Assembly: GCA_963845245.1 (NCBI GenBank)
Contig: CAWJRJ010000024.1
Coordinates: 64,001-128,000 of the forward strand
From: Nitrospirota bacterium
GTDB lineage: Bacteria; Nitrospirota; JACRHJ01
Reading direction: 5' to 3'
Length of the DNA: 64,000 nt
Shown piece after piece: positions 49,610-61,000 of the stretch (position 1 is its first letter; the number at the start of each line of letters is the position of its first letter). The translations under genes and the position numbers were made by a program. A model generated the notes under the pieces. The model was not told the origin of the DNA, searched no databases, and was given only the letters and a program-made list of their open reading frames with translations.

Positions 49610-51671
49610 TCAGCCCTTTTTGACCATCAGGCCCCGGGCAGCGTCAGCAATATTCCCAGCCGTTAAACCGTACTCCTTCATATTGATTTTTCCAGGCGCG
49701 GAACTCCCGAACCTGTCCACTCCTATCGACAACCCGGCGGCGCCAACGTACCTGCTCCAGCCGAATGTGGCCGCGGCCTCAATCGAAACCCTTGCGGTAA
49801 CCTCCGGAGGCAGCACGCTTTTCTTGTATTCGGCCGGCTGGAGTTCAAAAAGCTCCCAGCAAGGCATATTGACGACGCGCGTCTTTTTTCCCTCTTTATT
49901 AAGTGTATCATAAGCTTCGAGCGCCAGATGTACTTCCGACCCGGTCGCGATAAGAATAATCTCGGGTTTCCCCTCGGGCGGGTCTGCCAGGACGTACGCC
50001 CCCTTATGGAGCATGGCCGCCGGGGCGTACCTGCCCCTGTCTATTACCGGGAGGTCCTGACGGGAGAATACCAGGGCGGTCGGCCCTTTCCTGTTGATAA
50101 GCGCGGCCTTCCATGCCTCGACAGTCTCGTTTGCATCTGCGGGCCTTATCACGTTTATACCGGGCAATCGCCCTCAGGCTTGCCAGGTGTTCAACGGGCT
50201 GGTGCGTCGGGCCGTCCTCGCCAAGGCCTATGGAATCGTGTGTAAAAACATATATTGCCCGTGCCTCCTGCAAGGCCGCAAGCCTGATTGCCGGCTTCAT
50301 GTAGTCCGAGAACACAAGGAACGTCGCGGCATACGGTATAAGCCCTCCATGGAGGGCAAGCCCCGTCGTTATTGCGCACATGGCGTGTTCCCTGACTCCG
50401 TAGGCTATGTTTGCACCGCCATAGCCCCAGTGCCCGGTTACCGCGCCCTGCACGTTTTCCTCTCCCGTACACGACCCCTGGAAGTCGCCCCTGCCGTCCA
50501 TTGCAGTCTTGGTTGAAGGGTTGAGGTCGCCGGAGCCGCCTACGAGCGACGGGATATTATCCGCGACCGCCTTAAGGAATTTCCCGCCTGCGCTCCGGGT
50601 AGCAAGGCCTTTTGCGTCCGGCTTGAATACGGGCAAGTCCGCATCCCACCCATCGGGGAGTTTTGGGCCCATCATCAGTTCCCATTCCGCCATGAGTTCG
50701 GGGTGCTTTGCCCCGTACAAGCGCATATGCTCCATCCAAAGGTCCTCACTCTCGGCAGTCCGTTTCGCAGCCTTCCTGAAATACTCAAGCACGCGCTCAG
50801 GCACATAGAAAGATGGCTCCACCGGCCAACCCAGGTTCTCCTTGGTAGCCTTCGTCTCATCGGGCCCGAGCGGCGAGCCGTGCGCCTCGAAGCTGTCCTG
50901 TTTTCCGGGGCTGCCATAGCCGATGTGCGTCCTGACCATTATCAGCGATGGCCTGCGTATGTCGTCCTTTGCTGCCTTAATCGCGCCCTCGATCGCATCC
51001 AGGTCGTTGCCGTCTTCCACGGACTGTACATGCCAGCCGTAGGCCGCAAACCTCTTGGCAACGTCCTCGGTGAAAACCAGCTTCGTCTCGCCGGAAAGCG
51101 TCACATGGTTGTTGTCGTAAAGATATATCAGCTTTCCAAGTTTCAGGTGACCGGCAAGCGAGGCGGCCTCTGCGGCTACCCCCTCCATCAGGTCGCCGTC
51201 ACTACATATGGCATAGGTGTAATGGTCCACGATCTCGAAACCCGGCCGGTTGAACCGTGCAGCCAGGTAGTGTTCGGCCATCGCCATGCCCACGCCGTTT
51301 GCAAAGCCCTGCCCGAGCGGCCCGGTCGTGCATTCCACGCCAGGTGTTGCTCCGTACTCCGGGTGGCCCGGAGTACGGCTATCCCATTGTCTGAAGTTTT
51401 TCAGGTCGTCCATAGTGAGGTCGTACCCGGTGAGGTACAGCATTGAATAAAGGAGCGCGGAGCCGTGTCCGGCGGAGAGGACGAACCTGTCCCTGTCGGG
51501 CCATGCGGGGTTGCCGGGTTTGTATTTCATCGCCTTCGTCCAGAGCACGTACGCAGCGGGGGCCATGCCCATTGGCATGCCGGGGTGCCCGGAGTTGGCC
51601 TTCTCCACCATGTCCACCGAAAGCATCCTGATCGTATTTACACACAGCGCGTCAAGTTCTCTTGCCTTCAT
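49610..51671 (-). CDS. tkt: Transketolase; frameshift near 50165
   Basis: [42 protein letters not shown]. Confidence 0.96.
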
Positions 51672-51782
51672 AAAACCTCCGTCAAGGTATATTATTTATT
51701 AATGCTTATTTATGTGTTTTTTGAGTATAACAGAAACTGGCGGATTTTAGAAATAAAGAGGCGGTGTCTTTATTGGGCGACG

Positions 51783-52723
51783 TCAGGAGGTGTGGAGTTC
51801 CGGAAAGTAGCAGACATAGGGGTTGCACGGGTTGCCGAAAAGTTCCCTGTACAGGCGGTGTGCAGCCTCTGTTGAACCACTCTTGCCACAGGCGCGCATA
51901 TCGACAATCTCCCTCACTGCCTTGACGGCATTCAGCTTCATTGCGGTGGGGCCGCCGCGGCCGACTATCTTAACGGCCTTCACGCCGGCGTCCTCAAGAG
52001 CGCCGATCGCGCAGAGCCCGCAGGCCTGACGCCTGTTCACCCTGCTCCAGCCGGCCTGTGCATCTATCATCGCGTCAGCAGCAGCCCTTTAAGGCGATAG
52101 CCGTGTATTTCTCCTCGCATGGCCATATCAGGTCGGGGCTGTTGTGGGTAAAGCTGCAAAAGCCCTCGATGTTCGGGCACTTCCCTATCATCACGAATGC
52201 GTCGAAGAAGACGTCCGGGTTCGCCTCTGTCACGCCCTTTATCTCCATTCAGGGTAAGCTCCCTCGGGAAGACCATCCTGTCCACGCCAAGCCTGTGGAA
52301 GAAGGCGGCGCTTTCTGAATTGAATATCGTGCCGAGCGTGCTTAAGTGTATATGGGCTTCGGGCAGTTTGTCCCTCATGCGCAGTATCAGCCCGAGGTCG
52401 CTGATTATGAATGCGTCGACGCCAAGCGCGGAATACTTTTTGGCGTCTTCAAGGAGGTCGGCATACTGCTCAACCGAATAATACGGCGCGTTCATGGTAA
52501 GGTAGAACTTTGTACCGCGCCCGTGCGCGGCCTTTATGAGGGCCTTCAGCTCTTTCTCCGAGGCAATCTGCGCGGATGGAAAATAGCGGTGGTTGGCGGA
52601 GCCGAGCATCGAGTATTTCCCGCGCCAGTCCTCGGACACGTACCCGCCGTAAAACTCGTCCGCGCCCGCGTCTGCAAGTATATCGACTTCCGAGGCCTTG
52701 TCTATCGGCGATAGTATCTTCAT
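51783..52723 (-). CDS. U32-family (UbiU-like) Fe-S protein; frameshifts near 52245 and 52075
   Basis: KILSP, AGADEFYGG, IHLST, RMVFPREL, then KCPNIEGFCSFTHNSPDLIWPC, ACGLC and VKIVGR. Confidence 0.85.
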
Positions 52724-53514
52724 GGCAGCTCTTCCATATGCACGATGCGGTCTATCCCCATACCCGCCAGGCCCTCAGGCAACACAGCATTCTCGACAAA
52801 CTGTGTGTTGCCGCGCATCAGAATCCCCTTCTCATGCGCGGGGTTATCAAGCTCTATAACGTTCTTGAGGCATCCCTTTATCTTGCAGCCGGTGAATGCC
52901 TGCCATGATTTGCCGTCAAAAGATGCAGGGCAGTGCCGCGTAGTGGTGACATACGCATACGGCGTGTATATCGTGCCCTTGAGCCCAAGCGGTTTAAGGT
53001 CTGCCTCGATACCCTGAAGCGGGCTGTCCAGTTCGACCCGTTTATTCCATGGCTCCTGAGAAACGAAACGGTCACCGGGTCCTCGATACCGGGATGCGTA
53101 TATAACGCACGCCCCGAATCGGGCAACCCATCGATTATACTCGGCACCCTCGGGCAGCGTTTCTGCTTTACAAGGAGACGGTCCAAGTACCGGCACGAAC
53201 ATCGGGAACTCGTCTTTCAGGACTGCAAGCAACCCGAAATCGTTAACCACGACCTCGACATCCAATGCCCCGGCACCCGCAAGTTTCCCCAGTATAGCCT
53301 TGGCCTTTTTCATACCGGTATCGGTAAGCCAAGGGGTAAGCAGGGTGAGCTTCATGCCCAGCCCGGAGGAGATGTAAAGCGCCCTGAGCGCGGCAGCCGG
53401 TGCAGGCAGCCTCCACTGGCAGAACTCCGCGCCGAAATAAACGCGTGAATATCCTTTTGCATTTTTGATCTGTTTTAGAGCGGTGGCGTAGAGGGCCTTC
53501 TCAACCTTTGGCAT
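52720..53514 (-). CDS. Divergent U32-related (UbiV-like) protein; frameshifts near 53180 and 53045
   Basis: VYFGAEFCQWR, LLTPW, VVVNDFG, TTTRHC-x14-C-x4-C, RGNTQF. Confidence 0.7.
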   Translation of the reverse strand: MPKVEKALYATALKQIKNAKGYSRVYFGAEFCQWRLPAPAAALRALYISSGLGMKLTLLTPWLTDTGMKKAKAILGKLAGAGALDVEVVVNDFGLLAVLKDEFPMFVPVLGPSPCKAETLPEGAEYNRWVARFGACVIYASRYRGPGDRFVSQEPWNKRVELDSPLQGIEADLKPLGLKGTIYTPYAYVTTTRHCPASFDGKSWQAFTGCKIKGCLKNVIELDNPAHEKGILMRGNTQFVENAVLPEGLAGMGIDRIVHMEELP

Positions 53515-54268
53515 CTTTAAGCCCCTTGGCAGCATGGCGGGCATCCCTTGAGTCCTTGCGCCGGTTCCACCAGGACGGGTCCTCGGAAGCGGTAAGCGCC
53601 TTTCCAACGATGACGAGCTTGAACACGTCCTCGTCCTCAAACCTGCCGTCCACGTCGTTTTTGATATTCCCGACGGTGGTCATAAGGACCTCCTGCGCAG
53701 GCAGGCTTATATTATAAACGACGGCGACAGGGGTGTCCGCATCATAGCCCACTGAAAGCTCAGCAGTGAGAGCCTCAGGAGATTTGTTGTTCATGAAAAG
53801 TACCATCGTGGACTGGTGCCTTGATAGCTCGGCTATGGTATCTTTTGTCCCTGTGATGGTCTTTGGCGAGGTCGCGATGGTAGAATGAGAAACGCCAGGC
53901 AGGTCGAAAGTACGCCTCAGCGCGGCCGAAGCGGCGTTCATCGAGCTAACGCCCGGCACAACGACTGCCGAATCCTTGAAGTAGTCTATAAGGGACTGTA
54001 CAGGCGAGAAGATCGCCAGGTCGCCGGGTATCATGAATACCGCATCCCGTCCGCTGTCAAGACACGCATCGACCCTTGCAACCAGGTCGGCGTGGTAGTA
54101 GTCGAACGGGTCGAACCACTCCTTGCCCTTCAGGTACTCGGCATAGGTTTCCTTGAAGAAGCCAGGCACGAGCACGAGCGAGGCAGATTTCAAAAGCTCC
54201 ATGCCCTTTATTGTCATAAGGGTAGGGTCGCCCGGGCCGCTCCCTATAAAATAAATCCTGCCGCGCAC
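53501..54268 (-). CDS. CobM/CbiF-like tetrapyrrole SAM-dependent methyltransferase
   Basis: IYFIGSGPGDP, VVPGVSSMNAASA, TPVAVVY; GGAGGT RBS. Confidence 0.85.
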   Translation of the reverse strand: MRGRIYFIGSGPGDPTLMTIKGMELLKSASLVLVPGFFKETYAEYLKGKEWFDPFDYYHADLVARVDACLDSGRDAVFMIPGDLAIFSPVQSLIDYFKDSAVVVPGVSSMNAASAALRRTFDLPGVSHSTIATSPKTITGTKDTIAELSRHQSTMVLFMNNKSPEALTAELSVGYDADTPVAVVYNISLPAQEVLMTTVGNIKNDVDGRFEDEDVFKLVIVGKALTASEDPSWWNRRKDSRDARHAAKGLKDAKG

Positions 54269-54278
54269 GACACCTCCG

Positions 54279-54766
54279 TTACCTGAACGAGACTTCCTTT
54301 ACCAATGCCTTCCTGCCGGGGTCGGTTATCCCTTTGGAGACCTTCTCAAATATACAGTTCTCGATACGGCCTGTCCCGTTCCCCTCAAAATCAATGCCGC
54401 GCCATGGCCCGCTTGAGCTGTCCTTTGGAACAAACTCTTATCAGCTTGTCCCTGCTTCCGATTGCAACCAGCCTGCCCCGGACGATTATCCTGTTGTCAC
54501 CTTTGGCTGTTTTCTCGAAACGCACTATGGTGCCCGGGTCGATAGTCAGGGTATACGCCCTCAGGGACAACGAGCGGCTTCATGATGAGCACGTCGCCCG
54601 TCAGGAGCATATCGACCGGCACCTCGCCCCAGAACTTGTTCATGGCGGTGTGCGCAAAAGCAACACCGGAAAAAATCAACACCATAACCAACACCATAAC
54701 CTTTCTTGAAAGAAAGGTTATACCAAAGAACTTTGATACCGGCGTTTTCAAGAGATCGCCTGCCAT
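54279..54766 (-). CDS. Small exported beta-helix-like protein; frameshifted, ends approximate
   Basis: Signal peptide (AFA), LTGDVLI...VPEGV, LTIDPGTIVRF, VRGRLVAIG, IENCIFE, spread across frames. Confidence 0.62.
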
Positions 54767-55680
54767 ATGTATCCTATTATTATCGAGCCTATTAAACTCA
54801 CGGCCATATATACCACGAAGATCCTCTTTTTAAACATCCCGAAGAGCGCGACCATCGCAGGTATGGACGTGACCGGCCCGGCCATAAGGAACGCGGCCGC
54901 TGGCCCGACCCCCATTCCGGAATGTATGAGGCCCTTTACTATGGGAACGGCCGTCAGCCCGTTAACGGGAAGCGGTATGCCCAGAAGTGCCGCGTATATG
55001 ATGGACATATGGCCGTTGCCAGCCAGCGCGAATATCCAGTTGGCCGGGACATACGTCTCTATCACACCCTGTATGAACAGCGCCAGCAGTATGTATTTGC
55101 CGACGAGCAGCGTCGTGTCCTTTGCGCGCGCAAAGAAAAACGGGACCTTCCTGTCTGCAAGCTGTACGTCTATTGGTACCTTCGTGGGGTTTGCCGGGTC
55201 TACCTTTGCGTCGCAGTAGCCCTTCCTCGGGCCGCCTGAGAAAGGCTGCTCGTCAATATAGCCTGATTTGACAAGCCAGTTCGTCGTAAAGCCCGCAAGC
55301 AGGCCCATGAAGAGAGCGCCGCCGACCTTGGCGATGGTAAGCGACAAACCTAGCGCTCCGTAGTTGACCATGATCGAGGACGGGTCGGCTATCGGGGATG
55401 TGATAAGGAGCGCCATTGCCGGGGCAAGAGGTGAGCCGGATTCGAGGAGCGTGACGACTATGGGGAGTATCCCGCATGAGCAGAGCGGTGAAAAAATACC
55501 CGCCAGTGCGGCAAGGACAATCACCGCCACGCCGCCCCGGTTTAAAATTACCCAGAACTTCCTGTCGAGTTTATATGTTTTGATCAGCGCCGAAAGGGCT
55601 ATGCCCAGCAGGATATACCAGCCCATGTTCAGCAGGCCGTCCCACATTACCCTCAGGATACTCGATAGCCCTTCAAACAT
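54748..55680 (-). CDS. DUF318/ArsP-family permease
   Basis: About 8 TMs, PLCSCGILP, AFLMAGP. Confidence 0.87.
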   Translation of the reverse strand: MFEGLSSILRVMWDGLLNMGWYILLGIALSALIKTYKLDRKFWVILNRGGVAVIVLAALAGIFSPLCSCGILPIVVTLLESGSPLAPAMALLITSPIADPSSIMVNYGALGLSLTIAKVGGALFMGLLAGFTTNWLVKSGYIDEQPFSGGPRKGYCDAKVDPANPTKVPIDVQLADRKVPFFFARAKDTTLLVGKYILLALFIQGVIETYVPANWIFALAGNGHMSIIYAALLGIPLPVNGLTAVPIVKGLIHSGMGVGPAAAFLMAGPVTSIPAMVALFGMFKKRIFVVYMAVSLIGSIIIGYIWQAIS

Positions 55681-55701
55681 CTGCTACAGCCGGCCTTTCC
55701 T

Positions 55702-56454
55702 TTAGCCCTGGACTACACCCTGGATGATCACGGTAATGGCAGGCCTTCTCTTCGCATTGGAGCGGATGGTCACCAATTCCTGGAAGTTGCCCGCTTTTGT
55801 CGCTGGGGAAATTGCAAGGTTCATGTCGGCAGACTCTCCGGGCTTGAGCTTTAAAGCCGGTTTTACGGTCTGTGAAGGGTTGACCCGGACTTTGCCTAGC
55901 TCAACGGATACGCCGGCAGAGGCGGTTATCTCATCAATGACAAGCTCCATCTGGCCCGGGTTAGTCACCTTTATCGTCCTCGTCTCCTTGCCGCCCTTCG
56001 GCATCTGGAGGTTCGTGATGTTGAAAGCTGAAAGGTTGATGTCCGGAGCGGGCTTGGGGTTAACTACCGCCGTCAGCCCCAGGGAGAGCGTTTGCGTCTT
56101 GGGGTCGTTGGACTTTATGTTGATGAACCTGTGCACCTGACCGTTCGCGTTGTGCGAATCGTAAACCGCATCAAGTCTGGCTGTATCACCGGGGGCGATC
56201 TTTTTGGAGGTAAGGTTGGCGACAGTGCAGCCGCAGGTCGGCCTTACCTCGTATATTATAAGGTCGGCCTTGCCTACGTTCTTTATTATAAACGTGGCTG
56301 GGGACTTAACGTCATCACTAATCGTCCCGAAATCGTAGGTCATCGGCGTCACCTCTATCTTCGGGACTGCCGCATCGGCGGCGTAAGCGATGCCTGCCAG
56401 TAAAAACGCGTTGACTGCAAAAACTGAAACAGCCAGGACCCTTAAAATTTTCAT
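55702..56454 (-). CDS. Exported DUF1573 (Ig-like) protein
   Basis: Signal peptide; YDFGTI, KNVG, PTCGCT, SNDP; second Ig-like repeat. Confidence 0.86.
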   Translation of the reverse strand: MKILRVLAVSVFAVNAFLLAGIAYAADAAVPKIEVTPMTYDFGTISDDVKSPATFIIKNVGKADLIIYEVRPTCGCTVANLTSKKIAPGDTARLDAVYDSHNANGQVHRFINIKSNDPKTQTLSLGLTAVVNPKPAPDINLSAFNITNLQMPKGGKETRTIKVTNPGQMELVIDEITASAGVSVELGKVRVNPSQTVKPALKLKPGESADMNLAISPATKAGNFQELVTIRSNAKRRPAITVIIQGVVQG

Positions 56455-56574
56455 GAAAAACCTCCGGGATGTAATTGGACGGATGATTTAGATTATCATA
56501 TCGACTTTAATTATGCAATAGTCACGCCAGACCTTACGGTTGACAAAGTAACAATGAAAATGTTACGCTGGCAT

Positions 56575-58096
56575 ATGCTTAAAATAACCGGTTTTATACT
56601 ATTTGCGGCCATTATTGCCACATCTACCATATGATAGCCTGGCTGATTCCGTAAATACTGCCAAAGGCCTTAAAGACGGCCCCCCCCCAGTCCAGATGGT
56701 AGAACAGTTACATCAGGCGTTCAAAATACTGTATCAGGCAGGCGCAAAAAAGAGGAGCCTGCTCATTATCGGCGCATCGCCCGGGCTGGCGCCTGCCGGA
56801 GACGCATATACAGCCAATGTCCTTGCCGACGCTTCCCAAGGAAAATGGGGCGACCTTCTGGAGAAGGATTATCCCACGTCAAGGATCTACCCTGTAAACA
56901 TATACAACTATCTTTTCTTTCTTTATAAATCGGGCGTAATAGATAAAGTCTACTGGGTACCTCCCACAAAAGAGTCCGTCGGGAAGGAGCCTCTCGACGG
57001 TTTCAAAGACTATCTGAAGGGTATCGGCATAAAAGACACCGAATTAAAGGGGCTAAGACAGACAAGCGACTCTATAGAGGGTTCTCTAAACGGCATACCA
57101 ATAAGGATATTCAGTATCAAGGAACTTCCTAAAATAAAGGAAAATGTATTCGTACTGATAGACCTGAATTTTTTCAACAGCCTGTATGAAAATGAGGTAA
57201 AGACCCCGATGCTCGACTTCTTCGGCGGTTTTATGGAGACGTTAGGGTCTAAAAAACTGAAGGTTTCCGAAGCCATAATATCCTATTCTACGGCAGACGG
57301 CCAGGTACCGCTGGAATTCCGGTTCCTGGGAGGCTATCTCCAGAAATACCTGACAGATCCCCAATCGCTCAGTAAAGGCCCCCTCCAGACATGGAAAATG
57401 CGTTCAGAGGCCATGAAGAATGAGACCTTCTTCCAGACTGACGATACCATCCAGTATTATGTCGACGCTATTAAATTGGACCCGAAAGACGCCTCACTCA
57501 GGTTTGCCCTTGCAATGGCATTCCTTAACCAGAAGAACCTTGAAGGCCTGAGGGCAGAGCTTGACCAGGCGGTTGCCCTTGACAACGGTTATTACACTGA
57601 ATATACCGAAATGGGCCAGTACTTCCAGTCAAAGAACATGCCTGAGGACGCAGATTATTTCCTTTCCCAGGCCGAAAAGGTTAACCCGCAAGACCCGCGC
57701 ATCTATTCGGCACAGTACGATGTGTACGTCAGCCTTAAAAAGCATGATAAAGCCCTCGAAGCCGTAAAAAAACAGATGGAGCTTGGTTTTGGCGGGCCTG
57801 ATATTCTCGGGAAGCTTGCGGAATCCGAAAAAGCGCTCGGCCATTACTCTGATGCTGAAAAAGCGTATAATGATGCCTTAGCCCTGATACCGATAGTTGA
57901 TAGCAAGGCCCGGCAAAGCTTGCTCGTCGGACTGGGAGAGACGTACGAGTTGGACAGGAAGATAGGACTGGCTATCAAGTCTTACGATGAAGCCCTTCAA
58001 GCCATGCAGGAAGGGCACGCAAAAGACAAGATAAGGCAGCGTATATACGATCTGGACAAGGCATGGTCTCCCTTCCTCAATCCTTCCCCTCAATAG
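56575..58096 (+). CDS. Exported TPR protein with degenerate UPF0489/arginase-like N-domain; frameshift near 56630
   Basis: Signal-like MLKITGFILFAAIIA in the upstream frame; NYLF, VYWVPP, VLIDLNFF; C-terminal TPRs. Confidence 0.72.
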
Positions 58097-61000
58097 CGCT
58101 TATTGCCGCCCGGAATTCGTTTCTTATGAGGTCGGACTGCTCCTTTTCAACCCTCTCCCTAAGCTTCGCATCCAGACCTTTGAGCTTCAACGAACCTGCC
58201 GCATGTGCCGCATGAAACCGGATGGAATCTATGCCGCTGTCTAGCGCATCGGATATGACGGCAACTAATGCAGCATTATCTCCATCAGCCTTCAATTGCC
58301 CGAGGGTTTTCACAATGCTGTTCTTCCTGTAGACGGAGGCGTCCCGGTACAACCCTATAAGCGTGTCCACACTTTTCACCCCGCCGTCCGACACCAGTAT
58401 CTCAAGCGCAGCGGAAAACTCCACATCATCCATCCGGGATAGCGCGGAAAGCAGCGGGTTCTCGGCCGTCTGGTCACCCATTTGCTTGATAAGCGTCAAG
58501 GAAGTCGTCCTGAGCCTGTTATCTGTCAAAAGCGCATAAATTGCCGGGAGCGCATCCTTGCCGAAGGCCGGCATGCCTTTTATCGCAGCCTCCTTTATCT
58601 TCGGCTTATCTCCGGAAAGTGCCTTGATGAAAAGAGGTATGGATTGCGGGTCTTTGCGCGATGAAAGCATACCGGCAGCGGCAACCCTAACTTCCGTAGA
58701 AACGGAACGGTCCTGAAAAAGAGCGCGCCACAGGCTGGATGGCACAACTTCACCAAGTTCAATCAAGTGCCTGAGCGCCTCTTCCGAGACCTCCGGCGAG
58801 GCGTCCCTTACAAGCTTTTCCAAAATTGCGGGTGCCTTCGCACTTTTCAGACGCACCAAGCCGGCGGCAGAAGCCCTTTTAACCCGCATGGACGGGTCCG
58901 AGGCGGCCTTTATCAGAACCCCTTCAATGCCTGCCGAGGACGCCGCGGAAACCGCCTCCAAACGCACATCCTCGTCCGGGTCAGAGAGTGCGGCAGTTAT
59001 GATGTCTCCCCGCAGGCTTGGGTCGGCCTCTTTGATATGGGCAGCTGCCATTCGACGTATGGCGGGGTCCGGGTCTTTCAACCCAAGCTGCAAGACCGTT
59101 GGGATCTTCCCGTTGCGGGAGGCCGCCTCGATCACAGTCTGACGCTGTTCCGGGTAATTTTTGTATATGGCAGGAAGGATATCCGGTGAATCGCCAACCG
59201 AGGCAAGCGTATTGACCAACATGGCCCTGATGCGGACATCGCGTACCCTCAGGCCTTCAATCATAGCCGGCACGTAGGCTTTTGACGGCGCTCCAAGAAT
59301 TGCCCCAAGCACCGCCTCCAATGTCGGTTCGTCCTTTATCCGCACAACCAGGTCCTTGAGTGTTTCGGGATCGGCAAACACTGCGACAACAAATAAAATC
59401 CTTTCCCGGCTTGCCATACCCTTTTCAAAAAGCAAGTCAACCCCTTCCCTCAGGTTATCCGCCTTGATTTTTCCAAAAGCCCCTGATGCCAGCCGGGCTA
59501 TCGTTTCATCCGGGCCGGTACCCGCTATTATCAAGCCATAAATTGCGTCCGGGTCGCCACGCTTTATCAAGGAATCAACGGCCATGCGCCTTACCTCACG
59601 TTCAGGGTCGTCGAGCATTTTTATGAATATACTGGAACCGGCTCCCTTTTCATCTAACAAAGCGACGGCCTTCATCCTTACATCCGGCTCCTTGATCCCC
59701 TGGACTGCCTCCGAAAGCGCTTTTACTACCAGATGCGGGCTCATCCTTGAAAGCAACGAGAACGCCTTGACTGTCAGCACCGGGTCGTTCAGGGACTGGA
59801 CGACATAACCTGCTGAAAGGCCCTCTTCGACTCCGGCAAGTACGTCGATGGCCTGCAGCCTTATTGAAACAACCGTGTCTTTCAGCCCTTTTGCAGCCAT
59901 GTCAACCCTTTGCCGCGGAGTAAGGTCTTTGGCTAGGACTAGGGCTTCACTGCGTACAGACTGCGAGCGGTCTTCCATCGCCTCAAGTGCAACTTTTGCA
60001 ACTCCAGGCCCGCGCCCGGATAAAGACCTTATTGCAAGGAGCCGTCGGTCCTCGCTCCCGTTACGATATGCATAAGAAAGGGCTTCGACAGCATCAGGGC
60101 CTTTGACCTCTATGATCCCCCTGAGCATCTCGTCCGGCTCATAGCCTTCGCCGTAATATTTTACGAATAACGGCAATGCACGCGGGTCTCCGGCAGGTAC
60201 CAGACCCCGGATGGCGGATACACGGAGTTCGGCGTGGTTTGCCGTTCGCAGCAGCTGATCAGCAGATCAGTCCTTTCCCTGGAACCAGGAAGAGACAACA
60301 CTTGGTCGAGCGCGGTGCGGGCGATATTCGGGTCGCTGTCGTCGAGCAGGCTTCTCAGGCGTCCCGCCAATGGATATTTTTGGTCCAGCAGCGCCTGGAG
60401 CGCGTCTTTCCTAATATCTGCATCAGGGTCGTCCAGCATCTTCTCTAGTCTGCCGGAATACTTCACATTTCCGGCAAGCCCTAAGACGCCGGCCCTTCTT
60501 ACCTCTGCAAAGCCTGATCCCAACAATCCGGCATACGCCTCATCCCTTTGTCCCGGCGCGATTTTCCTGAGATACTCAAGGGCCGCCTCCCTCAACTTTG
60601 CGTCCTGGTCGGCAGAGGCATCCTTGACGGCTTCGGCCAGACAGGAAGCCCCTCGCACGGCAAGAAGCCTCAAGGCAGAGGCCCTTGTCACCCTGCCCTT
60701 CCGGAATGCATCACATATGGCCGCATCCGCCTTCGGGCCCGGAATTGCCCCCAAAGCCTCCAAAGCCCTGGCCTTTTCCCGAAGGCTTCCCTCGTCCAAT
60801 ACCAGTGACAGTCCATCGACCGCCCCATCGTCATGACGTTCCAGCAAGATCTGCCTGGCCCTTTCCCGTACCTGCACATCCTCATCCGATGCCAGGGATG
60901 ATATGACTTGCCCTGCCTCGGGGCCCTTTGATCTCCTTCAGGACGTCCAGGGACAGATATCTTGTTATCTGGTCCTTATCACCTGCAAGCACCTTTAGCG

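Noticed and set aside
44351..51671. Programmed ribosomal frameshifting in the split genes
   Set aside because: The breaks are scattered through ordinary enzymes with no shared slippery motif, so sequencing error is more parsimonious.
52060..52085. In-frame TGA after Cys-Cys in the U32 gene read as selenocysteine
   Set aside because: U32 homology continues in a different frame, so an indel explains it better. The same applies to the TGA near 17605.
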